IMG/VR virus record: IMGVR_UViG_3300009509_000014
Span: 9,904-73,903 of that record
Strand: one strand, 5' to 3'
DNA from: a virus
Length of the DNA stretch: 64,000 nt
Shown here: positions 16,811-25,659 of the stretch, piece by piece
Layout: every line of letters begins with the position of its first letter
How positions within the stretch are numbered: the stretch's first letter is position 1
The notes under the pieces: generated by a model
Seen by the model: only the letters and a program-made list of their open reading frames with translations
Told to the model about the DNA's origin: nothing
Database searches by the model: none
Position numbers and translations under genes: made by a program

Positions 16811-17180
16811 AGTCCAGCTTCGCTATGCAACTTGCGTTGCATGGATTCTGGTATGTATCTACGCCTTGGGTCAAAATTGATCCTACTCCCCCCTGTCCCA
16901 AAGGAACAGAGAGGAGTTTTGCAAGGCACCTGCCGAAAAAGCAGGGCGATCCAGGTCGTTACGTGGGCGGGTGAATCCCACTAATTTACTCTACCTTGCA
17001 ACTCCCAGCAAAAGCTAACGGACGGGATATGTTGTTCTTGTTTTATATCTAACAAGATTAACTCTGGATTTTTACCCTTCTAAATTGATATCGTTGCTTA
17101 GATCAACGTCAGTTTATAGTTGGGTCAACTGACTCCGAGTTTACGGCAACCTCTACGCACTACATGTGCTGCCTGGGACT
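16811..17180 (-). ncRNA. Large structured RNA (~370 nt) immediately 5' of tRNA-Ala, family unknown
   Basis: Ends pair (AGTCCCAG/CTGGACT). At least 8 internal helices; G-U pairs fix the minus strand. No credible ORF. Confidence 0.7.
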
Positions 17181-17256
17181 TATGGCATAATAATACTATA
17201 TTTGACATTCCAACTGTTTGTCATTGTAAGTGGTGTTTTATATTCTATTGTTGTCT

Positions 17257-17285
17257 ATACTACTGGAAGAAACTTACTTTGTTGA
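17257..17285 (-). promoter_or_regulatory. Conserved phage promoter, copy 3
   Basis: TCAACA-AAGTAAGTTTCTTCCAG(17)-TAGTAT. Confidence 0.7.
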
Positions 17286-17330
17286 GAACTCTTTTTTACA
17301 TTTCAATCCTGGTTGTTGCGATTCGGAATT

Positions 17331-17717
17331 CTACCGAGAAGAGTTTAGCGGAAACCACACAGCCTTGCCTTCTCTTTTTGCTGCCATAACCACAGGGTCT
17401 CCTTCGTCAAAGGCCATTACGCCATCTGCGTTGCTTATCATATACTTCATGTACTCTGGTTTAGTGGTCGATGTTATTGTTATCCCGCTTACAATGTCTA
17501 ATGCCCTTGGTTGAATATTAAGGTCTGGAGCGTACATATGCACCGTTAAGCCAATCTCTGCTGCTATTGATGCAATCTTAACTCCAATAATTGTATATCC
17601 CACAATAACAAGGAGTCCGTCTTTGTACTTATTTTTTGCGGCGATAAGTCCCTTCCTAACAGCGTTATGGTACTCTGGATTCCATTTTATCGCGGTGATA
17701 GCTATTTTTCTCTGCAT
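17331..17717 (-). CDS. SLOG/YspA-like Rossmannoid protein
   Basis: KIAITA...VIVG...G....AAE.GL...YMISNADGVMAF...A...GK.V pattern. Confidence 0.55.
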   Translation of the reverse strand: MQRKIAITAIKWNPEYHNAVRKGLIAAKNKYKDGLLVIVGYTIIGVKIASIAAEIGLTVHMYAPDLNIQPRALDIVSGITITSTTKPEYMKYMISNADGVMAFDEGDPVVMAAKREGKAVWFPLNSSR

Positions 17718-17744
17718 AGTATATTATCCAATATCCCTTTGTAT

Positions 17745-17773
17745 ATTATACTAGAACATGGGTACTTTGTCAA
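17745..17773 (-). promoter_or_regulatory. Conserved phage promoter, copy 4 (leftward member of the divergent pair)
   Basis: TTGACA-AAGTACCCATGTTCTAG(17)-TATAAT. Confidence 0.88.
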
Positions 17774-17796
17774 CAGTTGATTGATGAAAATGTGAC

Positions 17797-17825
17797 TTGA
17801 CAGTTTTTACAATAATTGTTATAAT
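17797..17825 (+). promoter_or_regulatory. Consensus sigma70-type promoter for the morphogenesis arm
   Basis: TTGACA-17-TATAAT, 9 nt before ATG 17835. Confidence 0.88.
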
Positions 17826-17834
17826 AATCACATA

Positions 17835-18545
17835 ATGACAGATAGCTTAGAACTTGTACAGATCGGCGACGAAGAGCGTCTGCCGTCTGAGTTGTTGATA
17901 GATTGGGTTTCTTTAACCGATGGGCTTCCTGACGCATGGGGTGATTGGATGCCTTTCCTTGCATTCGGTGTTCCATATAACCAGATTGCTAAGATTTTTG
18001 GCATTGACAGGAGTACGATCACTCATGCGTTAAATGGAAACAAGGATTTTGCAAGGCGAGTATCTCAAGTCAAGAAGATGATTAAGCGTCAACTGCATTA
18101 TGTTTGGCTTGATCAGAAAGCGGTGACGGCTTGGAAAAATGTTGACTATTTTCTTTCGCTTGACCCTCTTGCAAAAGATGAGGAAGACAAGTATATTATC
18201 AAAAATGAAACAACTCGTAGGATGATGTTCCAGGAAAAGGCCAAAATGACTCGGTTTGTATTGCAGCAGCTTGGGCTTCATGTCCAGCGCCACGAAGTGG
18301 TCCACCATACGCCACAGCCTATGTTCATGGGTGACGAAACTCTTGCCGCTTATGTTGTAGAGCGCGTCAGGAATGTTATGGAGTCTGGCGAAGAACGTGA
18401 TGTTGAAGTTATTGCTGCAAAGTATAAGTATATCGAAGGATATAGTGAGCAGGAGACTTTACCTATGGAGCCTATAGGTGAGGAATTAGACACTGAGGCT
18501 CCGTATGACAAGACCAATAGCGGAAGGCAATTGCGTGTCGAATAA
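17835..18545 (+). CDS. HTH protein, probable terminase small subunit
   Basis: YNQIAKIFGIDRSTITHAL helix-turn-helix; directly upstream of TerL. Confidence 0.65.
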   Translation: MTDSLELVQIGDEERLPSELLIDWVSLTDGLPDAWGDWMPFLAFGVPYNQIAKIFGIDRSTITHALNGNKDFARRVSQVKKMIKRQLHYVWLDQKAVTAWKNVDYFLSLDPLAKDEEDKYIIKNETTRRMMFQEKAKMTRFVLQQLGLHVQRHEVVHHTPQPMFMGDETLAAYVVERVRNVMESGEERDVEVIAAKYKYIEGYSEQETLPMEPIGEELDTEAPYDKTNSGRQLRVE

Positions 18546-20259
18546 TAACGACCTGTCGTTTGCAAGGAATATAGCCGAGATTTCGGAGAAGTCGCCGTTT
18601 GTTTGGGCTGTTAGTTATATAGCCCTCCCGAAGGGTGTTACTTGGACATTTGAAGATAGAAAGTGGCAGATTGACATTCTTGACGATTTGCATCCAAGGC
18701 AGGTAGGCAGGAAGCCTACTCAGATTGGATGGACAACTCTAGGGACTGCGAAGGCGCTGTGGTTTGTTTCGATGAAAAAGTCAAGGGCTATGTATACACT
18801 TCCAAGGCGCGATGATGTTACCGACTACGTTGCCACTACACTTGACCCAATGATAGAGAATAGTGATTATTTGTCTGGCAGGATGGGACGTACTAACAAT
18901 GCAAGAATGAAACGCATTGGGGATTCATTTTACCATGTTATGGAAGCGTCTGTTACTCCGCGTATGCTCCCAGTAGACATATTAATTAATGATGAAGTTG
19001 ATATGTCTGACCAGGATAATATGGAGCAATTTATTGCTAGGTTGGACGCATCTAAGTATAAGTATCACTATCAGTTTTCAACACCTACGGTCGCTGGATT
19101 CGGGATTGATGCAGCATATGAACGTTCTGATATGCGTATATGGATTGTAACCTGCAGTCGTTGCAATACAGATCAAGAGCTTGATTGGGAAGATCAGCTT
19201 GTTAATACTGGAGATGGAGTGTACCTTGCTTGTCGCGGATGTCGCCAGGAGCTTCGTTCTGAGGATATTGTAAGCGGGAAGTGGGTTGTAACTAATCCGA
19301 AGTCTGAGGTTCACGGCTACCATGTATCTCACCTTATGCTGCCATATACAAGACCTCTTGACACATTGTACCAGGAATCTAAGGTTATGGATAAAAAGAC
19401 ATTCTTTAATCTTAGGCTTGGCAGGCCGTGGAGACCAACCGGAGGTTCGATGCCAATGTCGCTGTTTCGGGATCACGCATTTTCAACTGGTCACAATCAT
19501 CAATCCCACAGAGAGAAAGGATATAGGTATTATATGGGGGCTGACCAGGGAAACGAAGTGCATACTATGGTCGGGAGAGTCCCTATAGGCGGCGACAGGA
19601 TTGAAGTTGTGTACGCGGAGCATATCAAGCCATCCCCTGGTGAAGATCAATTCGAAAGACTCGGTGCAATTGCAAGAATGTTTGATATAGACTTTGGGCT
19701 ATGTGATGCGAATCCAAACAGGCAAAGCATTTATAATCTTTGTAAGGATTTTCACGGCAAGCTTGGGGCGGCAGATATTGGCGCATACACATACCCGTTT
19801 AAGTGGAGTGGTTTCCACGGCGCATCTGCCTATAAACTTACATGCAGTAGGACAGATATGCTTGATGGGATTCGTGACGATTTGGCGAATGAACGTATTC
19901 AATTGTGGGGTAGTTGGGATAATCGCACGCAGATAATAAGAGAGATTATATCACAGTGTGGGAGTCTAAAACGTGACACCACAAAGAAAAAGTTACAAGG
20001 TGGCGGCGAGACGGTTGTAGGCGTTTGGAGAAAAACTGGCGCAGACCACTTCGCGTTTGCCCTTGCGCTTTTACGGCTTGCCGTAATCATATCGCCCAAC
20101 AGTATGAATTTTGACTTTGTTGTCGTTGGTGACGATATGCAGCAGTTGATCGATGGCGACAAGGGCGCGAAGATAGAAAAAAGCAAGATTTGGGAGGACA
20201 CATATTATAATGTTGAAGAGGATGGTACAAAAGTACCTCTTGGAACTCGTTTCTTCTAG
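18535..20259 (+). CDS. Terminase large subunit (lambda GpA-like)
   Basis: RKPTQIGWT Walker A variant, LINDEVD Walker B, FSTPT, two CxxC, MGADQG, DHFAFA. Probable GTG start at 18535. Confidence 0.92.
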   Translation: MSNNNDLSFARNIAEISEKSPFVWAVSYIALPKGVTWTFEDRKWQIDILDDLHPRQVGRKPTQIGWTTLGTAKALWFVSMKKSRAMYTLPRRDDVTDYVATTLDPMIENSDYLSGRMGRTNNARMKRIGDSFYHVMEASVTPRMLPVDILINDEVDMSDQDNMEQFIARLDASKYKYHYQFSTPTVAGFGIDAAYERSDMRIWIVTCSRCNTDQELDWEDQLVNTGDGVYLACRGCRQELRSEDIVSGKWVVTNPKSEVHGYHVSHLMLPYTRPLDTLYQESKVMDKKTFFNLRLGRPWRPTGGSMPMSLFRDHAFSTGHNHQSHREKGYRYYMGADQGNEVHTMVGRVPIGGDRIEVVYAEHIKPSPGEDQFERLGAIARMFDIDFGLCDANPNRQSIYNLCKDFHGKLGAADIGAYTYPFKWSGFHGASAYKLTCSRTDMLDGIRDDLANERIQLWGSWDNRTQIIREIISQCGSLKRDTTKKKLQGGGETVVGVWRKTGADHFAFALALLRLAVIISPNSMNFDFVVVGDDMQQLIDGDKGAKIEKSKIWEDTYYNVEEDGTKVPLGTRFF

Positions 20260-20566
20260 TGAGGTTCTTGAGAGGGTTGCTGTTGGGCTTATTGGCACAG
20301 AAGCTATATATAGCCTTATCAGTGACGAAGTTAGATCTGCCCTTGCAAGTAGTCGTATAAAGGCACTTGTAGCAGACGCCGTTAAGGAGGCTGTGAAGGA
20401 CGAAATGGGAAGGGTTGTTATTGTTGTAGATGACAATGATATGCTTGTTATTCCAAGCAGCGGAATCTCTAGTCAGGAATTTGATAAGTTGTCGTCAATG
20501 ATCCCCGCGAATCGCCGCGTTGGGGTTATTGCTGCCGATAATGTTAGAATCTTAAAGTTGTCGTAA
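20210..20566 (+). CDS. Hypothetical protein
   Basis: Co-oriented ORF coupled to its neighbours. Confidence 0.65.
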   Translation: MLKRMVQKYLLELVSSSEVLERVAVGLIGTEAIYSLISDEVRSALASSRIKALVADAVKEAVKDEMGRVVIVVDDNDMLVIPSSGISSQEFDKLSSMIPANRRVGVIAADNVRILKLS

Positions 20567-20567
20567 C

Positions 20568-21302
20568 ATGGCAGAGATTAGCTTGTGTATGATAACGTAT
20601 AACAAATATCCATTTTTACGGAGAACGATTGCTGCGATTTTGGATAGTGTCGATGAATCTAAAGATACTGAGCTATTGATATATAACAACGGAAGTACAG
20701 ATTATACTACTAAATATCTTCCGATGCTCGAACATGCTTGTCCGGAATACATTAAATGCAAGGTCTTTTACGGAGACGAAAACATTGGGCTAAACGCATA
20801 TGGAGTAATTGTTCCGGAGGCTACTGGAGATATTATCGTTACAATAGACGATGACATTTTTGACATTCAGCCGCGTGGATGGGAGAAAATCTTCCGAAAG
20901 GCTTTGCATACAAGGTTTGATGGCAGGCGGTTTGGATATGTTAGCACGGATACAATGAATAAGGATGGAGGCAGATTGCCAGATCAAGCGATAGGGCTTG
21001 CTTCGATAGGTGGGTTAAATATAGAGGTTGGGCCTGCTGGTGGCTGGTTTGCGGCGACTACAAGGGAAGTTGTTGACCTTGTTGGTGGATTCCACACAGG
21101 GAAAGGCAAGATGCACCTTGAGGATTTGGATTTCCAGCGTCGCGTGTGGGAGAAAGGGTTGCTTGTTGGGACTGTGCTAAATATAGAAGTATTTCATGCA
21201 AGATCGCCAGAGGTCTATAAGCGATTTGGCAGGGAAGACACTTACCTAGAAAAAATGAGACTAGCACAACTTGAAGGGATCACTTTAGAGCCACTCGCTT
21301 GA
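20568..21302 (+). CDS. Glycosyltransferase family 2
   Basis: ISLCMITYN, IYNNGSTD, ENIG, TIDDD (DxD), VGGF...EDLDF. Confidence 0.9.
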   Translation: MAEISLCMITYNKYPFLRRTIAAILDSVDESKDTELLIYNNGSTDYTTKYLPMLEHACPEYIKCKVFYGDENIGLNAYGVIVPEATGDIIVTIDDDIFDIQPRGWEKIFRKALHTRFDGRRFGYVSTDTMNKDGGRLPDQAIGLASIGGLNIEVGPAGGWFAATTREVVDLVGGFHTGKGKMHLEDLDFQRRVWEKGLLVGTVLNIEVFHARSPEVYKRFGREDTYLEKMRLAQLEGITLEPLA

Positions 21303-21327
21303 CAGAATAGTACAAAAGAGGTAGAAT
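21299..21327 (+). promoter_or_regulatory. Sigma70-type promoter; leaderless start for portal
   Basis: TTGACA-17-TAGAAT, with ATG 7 nt downstream. Confidence 0.75.
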
Positions 21328-21333
21328 GCTAGT

Positions 21334-22911
21334 ATGAGTGTGAGAATTTTTATTAACGACGGAACTGTTAGGGACAAGGCGAGTGTGACGCAGGTCACTT
21401 CGCGTTTGCCCAGGACAGCTATTGGGAGAAGTTCAAGGGAAGAAGAAATCCTTGACTTAATGGATGCTGTCGCTGTTGTTCCATTCCTAAGTGCCTCTGG
21501 CGCAGTGGTTGGTCGCGGAGTTGTCGGGCCTGGTTTCGACATTGTTGAGGCTGAGCTAGACGGCGGAGGATCGGAGAGGAAAAGGCGAAGAATTCTTGAC
21601 TTCTTTAACTATATTAGCCCTATGCAAGCCAACGTGAAGGATGTTTTTAGCCCTCTGGCGAAGATATACACAACTGCATTTTCTTTTAGGATATTCGGTC
21701 ATGCGGCCTGGGAGATTGTGCGAGATAGGGGGACTGGAGCGCCGTTGGGCTTTGATGTTATTCCAGGGGTTGTAAAACCTAACATTGAGGCTGATGGTAC
21801 ATTCAAAAGACCTGCCTATGTGCAGTACCTGAGAGTTGGTGGAGTAGAATCCAAGTCTGAGTTTAATAGTCCAGAAGATGTGATCTTTTTTGCGGTTCCT
21901 GATTATTCTGGTGGGGTCTATATGGCAGAGTTGTTGGCTCTGACTGAATATACACTCCCAAGTGAGATATATGCTGCGATAGCATATAGGTCACTGCATG
22001 AAAACAGGGACGCCCCTTATTCTGGATTCTGGTACACTCCAAACGACATTGACGATGACACTTTCAATCGTTTTGTCGCTATGGTAAATTCCAGATATAC
22101 AGGCTCTAAGAACTACGGACGCAATCCTATAATTATGAAGGGGGAGGGTGGATTTAAGGCAGTCGCGTCTGTTAAGGATGATGCTCCATATGTCGAAGGT
22201 AGGGAGCTAAATAGAAGTGAGATATCAGCGTCAACGGGTGTTCCAGGTGCAAAGTATGGGATAGAAACCAATACTGACATGCGGGAACTCCGCAGGGAGT
22301 TTTACGAATCGACTCTAAGGCCAATGATGTCGCTGCTGGAAGAGTCGATATATACTAATGTTTGTATAAGGCTGTTCAATGCTCCGGAATGGAAGTTCCG
22401 GTTTAAGCGTCCAGATTTTACAACTGCAATTGAGGATGCTTCGATTGAGTTGCGCCGTATTCAATGGGGTCAGTGGTCGCCAAATGAAGCAAGGGCTTCT
22501 CGCGGAGAGGCTCCAAGAGATAACGGAGATTATTACCTTATCCCGAAAAATATGGACATGGTTGGACCTGACGGGAAACCTGGCCGTCCAGAAAACGAAC
22601 CGATCAATGATGATGAGGGTGACATGGCTCCGTCTGACGAAGACAAGGTTCCTGGAACTCAGCCTCCGGTGCAACCAGATGTTGAAGAGTCTGTGCTGGT
22701 AGACGAGATCAGAAAATGGCGGAAGTTTGCTCTTAGAGTTGCTGGTGGTAAAAGGTTCAAGAGAGACTTTGTTCCTTCTGCCATTGACGAATCTCTTAGC
22801 GGGTATATTTTTAATGTACTAGACGAATTGGGTGACTCTGTAGAAGATATTGCAGAGTTTTTTGACTGGTTGATAGAGGAGGTGGAGAATGTGCGAATGT
22901 TACCAGGGTAG
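21334..22911 (+). CDS. Portal protein (HK97-like)
   Basis: FGHAAWEIVR, EIS...GVP, F....LRP, SPNEARA..GEAP..GD; position after TerL. Confidence 0.9.
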   Translation: MSVRIFINDGTVRDKASVTQVTSRLPRTAIGRSSREEEILDLMDAVAVVPFLSASGAVVGRGVVGPGFDIVEAELDGGGSERKRRRILDFFNYISPMQANVKDVFSPLAKIYTTAFSFRIFGHAAWEIVRDRGTGAPLGFDVIPGVVKPNIEADGTFKRPAYVQYLRVGGVESKSEFNSPEDVIFFAVPDYSGGVYMAELLALTEYTLPSEIYAAIAYRSLHENRDAPYSGFWYTPNDIDDDTFNRFVAMVNSRYTGSKNYGRNPIIMKGEGGFKAVASVKDDAPYVEGRELNRSEISASTGVPGAKYGIETNTDMRELRREFYESTLRPMMSLLEESIYTNVCIRLFNAPEWKFRFKRPDFTTAIEDASIELRRIQWGQWSPNEARASRGEAPRDNGDYYLIPKNMDMVGPDGKPGRPENEPINDDEGDMAPSDEDKVPGTQPPVQPDVEESVLVDEIRKWRKFALRVAGGKRFKRDFVPSAIDESLSGYIFNVLDELGDSVEDIAEFFDWLIEEVENVRMLPG

Positions 22912-23251
22912 TTGGTTATACCTGGCGGCAATTCTCATTTCTGTATCAACTCTTGGAATTTTAATTTGGGCAAGAATAAAATTTAAGAGATTGGGTGCTG
23001 GAATGTGCGGTGTCGCCATGCTAGTTTTTCATATACTGGTGTTTTCTACTGTTAGGATAGTTGGAAAGATGTTAAATATAGATATTGTTGGGAATATTGC
23101 TTCAATGTTTCCATACGATATTGTCAAGTACGTAATTTCATATACAACATGGTGCGCTGCTATTATGATCCAGACACTAATAGAAGTGTTATTGATGACA
23201 CTTTTGGTTGTTAGGAGGCAGCGATGGACGAGAAGCTTATTGACTTCATAA
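22889..23251 (+). CDS. Three-TM membrane protein (holin candidate)
   Basis: Three hydrophobic segments and a basic C-terminus. Confidence 0.6.
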   Translation: MCECYQGSWLYLAAILISVSTLGILIWARIKFKRLGAGMCGVAMLVFHILVFSTVRIVGKMLNIDIVGNIASMFPYDIVKYVISYTTWCAAIMIQTLIEVLLMTLLVVRRQRWTRSLLTS

Positions 23252-23664
23252 CAACCGCTGCTCCAATAATAGTCGCATTTGTCATGTCGATTCCTGGGCT
23301 GCTAAACTATTTTAGGACAAAAAGAAGGGACAAGGTAGAGGGCGTTGCCGTTATAAAAGCGTCAGAGAAGTCAGAGGCCGATGCGACTGGAGTAATTGTT
23401 ACTGCGGCGACTTCTTTAATTGAGCCTTACATTGAACGTGTTAAGTTATTAGAAGCTAGAGATAGTATGAGGGCAAAGGATTTAGACATATTGACAGTTA
23501 GGGTTTCTATAATAGAGAGGAATAACTATATACTTTGCGATGGCGTCAGAAGGTTAATAATGCAAATAATGTCGCTGGGCGCTACTCCGGTATTTGAGAT
23601 TGACGAAAGTCTTTGTAACGAAATGGCAAATGGTGGTAGCGTTGATGGAATCCAAGAAAATTAA
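23224..23664 (+). CDS. Single-TM coiled-coil protein
   Basis: N-terminal TM, basic stretch, heptad region. Confidence 0.65.
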   Translation: MDEKLIDFITTAAPIIVAFVMSIPGLLNYFRTKRRDKVEGVAVIKASEKSEADATGVIVTAATSLIEPYIERVKLLEARDSMRAKDLDILTVRVSIIERNNYILCDGVRRLIMQIMSLGATPVFEIDESLCNEMANGGSVDGIQEN

Positions 23665-23674
23665 CGTTGATCAG

Positions 23675-23704
23675 TTGACATAGGCTGATCTGATGTGGTA
23701 TAAA
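23675..23704 (+). promoter_or_regulatory. Sigma70-type promoter with extended -10
   Basis: TTGACA-18-TATAAA with TGTGG before the -10. Confidence 0.65.
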
Positions 23705-23720
23705 TAGGAGGCGTAAGGTA

Positions 23721-24026
23721 ATGTTTGATTGGTCTAGCGGGAAGGCATATTACAGAACAGGTATCTTCCCTGACGATTCATCTGCGATAGACTTTGTGCT
23801 TGACACAAATGTTGTAAAGAGAATCTATGATGCGTGGGATGAATCTGTATATGGTGAATTAGTTGACTACGGTGGCGGGGTTAAAGCAATCACAACAAGA
23901 ATGCTTCATCTTGCTGGCGAAGAGTTTTTGACTGGGATTAAGAACATAGGTGCAGTTAGGGCAGAGCAAATCTTGAAAGAGGTTGAGCTTGCTCTTGGTG
24001 AGGTTCCTTATGGCAGTGGTGTATAG
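23721..24026 (+). CDS. Small protein with C-terminal helix-hairpin-helix (RNAP alpha-CTD-like)
   Basis: EEFLTGIKNIGAVRAEQI; AGGAGG SD. Confidence 0.6.
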   Translation: MFDWSSGKAYYRTGIFPDDSSAIDFVLDTNVVKRIYDAWDESVYGELVDYGGGVKAITTRMLHLAGEEFLTGIKNIGAVRAEQILKEVELALGEVPYGSGV

Positions 24027-24192
24027 GCACATAGAAGATCGTGGTAGTAAGTACCTTGTGCGTTCTAGGTGCCTGCGGTGTGGAGAGTTGATTATAAGTA
24101 TCGCGATGCACGATTTCTGTTTGGACTGCTCGCTAAAGATGAGAGAGAATGCCAGAGACGACGGAGAATTACCACAGAATCCCTGTAAGTAG
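24010..24192 (+). CDS. Small zinc-finger protein
   Basis: CLRC...CLDC; overlaps both neighbours. Confidence 0.5.
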   Translation: MAVVYRHIEDRGSKYLVRSRCLRCGELIISIAMHDFCLDCSLKMRENARDDGELPQNPCK

Positions 24193-25645
24193 TGGACATA
24201 GTGGACATGAAATAAAAACAATAACCGTTAGTGAGTCAAAAGGCATTAAGGCTTTGTACTGCACCGACTGCAAGGAGATAATGACTTATCTCTTTGACGT
24301 TGATAAGTGGACTATGGACGAAGCCAAGGAATGGGTTGAAAGCCATAAGTCTTATAATGGAGATGTTATGGATAAAAGATTAGATATGCGCTCGAAAGAG
24401 ATAATTAACTCTAGGGTGCGATTCAAGTCTTATGGGACATTTTTGCCAAAGGGTGCAGGTGAAAGTGATACCGACGAAATGATGGTGCGTGGCTTTTTCA
24501 CAAGCGACAAGATGGATGAGGTCGGTGACATTATCACTAAGGAGGCCACAGTTGGGGCTGTAGAAAAATGGCGTCAGTGGGGCAATATCAGAACCATGCA
24601 CAATAATCCGTCTGGTCGTATCGAAAAGATTGGTGAGGCTGACGGACTTGCGTGGAATGAAGTAATAACTGTACCTGTTGAGCAGAATACTAAAGAGCTT
24701 ATTAAGGGTGGTGTTTTGAAGGCTTACTCCGTTGGCATTATACCAAGGGAGTACGAACTAAACCAGTCAGCCCTTGAGGCGATGGGCGATGACGCCGATC
24801 CGTGGTTCTTCCCGCTGATAATCCACTCGTATGACATGGTGGAAATTTCTTACGTAGACCATCCAGCAAATTACGCTGCTACAATTCAAGAAATTGGAAG
24901 CGAGAAGTTCAGTAAAGGTATGTCCCATAGGAATGTGATTTTCAAAAATAGTGAAATTATGGGAGATATTGAAAATATGGACAAAGAAATTGAAGGCGCT
25001 GTCTCTGACGTAGAGGAAGAGGTAGCCGAAGAGGAAGTTATTGACAGCGCGGAGCAGGCCGTAGAGTCCAACGAAACTCCTGTTGAAAAAGAGGAGGAAG
25101 CTGGCAGCGCCTCTGATGTAGTTGCCGAAGAAGAAAAGGCAGATGATGCGTCAGAGGAAGAGACGGTAGAAAAGGCTGAAGAGGAAGATGTTGTTGAGAA
25201 AGAAGAAGAGGAGACCTTTGATGTCGCTTTGGCCGTAAGCGAAGTAAAGGACGCCCTTGGGAATCTTGAGGCTCGCGTATCTGGCCTAGCCGAATCACTC
25301 GATCTGCTTGTAGACCGTGTTGTTGAAAGAATGCTTGATGCGATGTCCGCCAATTCGCCTGAGCCAGACGGCGAAGTAAGTGAAGAGGCGGTTGAAGGTG
25401 AAAAAGTTGGCAAGTTGTTTGACGAAGAAGAATTTGTCGAAAGGGTTGCCAATAAGGTTCTTGCTGGTCTAGTTGATGCACTTGTTCCGACCGCTGTACG
25501 CTCTGCGAGAGTTATCGTAGATGAACCAGAAGATGAGGCTGTAAGTGTTGCAGACAAGACAAAGCAGTATATGGAAATGACGCCGCAAGAGCGTCGTGCA
25601 AGGATGAAAGAAGTTCTTGCTGAAAGTTTAACTAAGAATAAATAA
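24149..25645 (+). CDS. Prohead protease (HK97 family) fused to an acidic scaffold
   Basis: D.VGDII, IRTMH, LKAYSVG, EISYVDHPAN, long Glu-rich C-terminal half. Confidence 0.9.
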   Translation: MPETTENYHRIPVSSGHSGHEIKTITVSESKGIKALYCTDCKEIMTYLFDVDKWTMDEAKEWVESHKSYNGDVMDKRLDMRSKEIINSRVRFKSYGTFLPKGAGESDTDEMMVRGFFTSDKMDEVGDIITKEATVGAVEKWRQWGNIRTMHNNPSGRIEKIGEADGLAWNEVITVPVEQNTKELIKGGVLKAYSVGIIPREYELNQSALEAMGDDADPWFFPLIIHSYDMVEISYVDHPANYAATIQEIGSEKFSKGMSHRNVIFKNSEIMGDIENMDKEIEGAVSDVEEEVAEEEVIDSAEQAVESNETPVEKEEEAGSASDVVAEEEKADDASEEETVEKAEEEDVVEKEEEETFDVALAVSEVKDALGNLEARVSGLAESLDLLVDRVVERMLDAMSANSPEPDGEVSEEAVEGEKVGKLFDEEEFVERVANKVLAGLVDALVPTAVRSARVIVDEPEDEAVSVADKTKQYMEMTPQERRARMKEVLAESLTKNK

Positions 25646-25659
25646 ACAGGTGGTGTATA

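Noticed and set aside
16811-17180. tmRNA (short frame DVDLSNDINLEG-stop near an Ala acceptor)
   Set aside because: No tRNA-like ends of its own, the adjacent tRNA-Ala is complete with an anticodon, and the peptide lacks a hydrophobic AA-type end.
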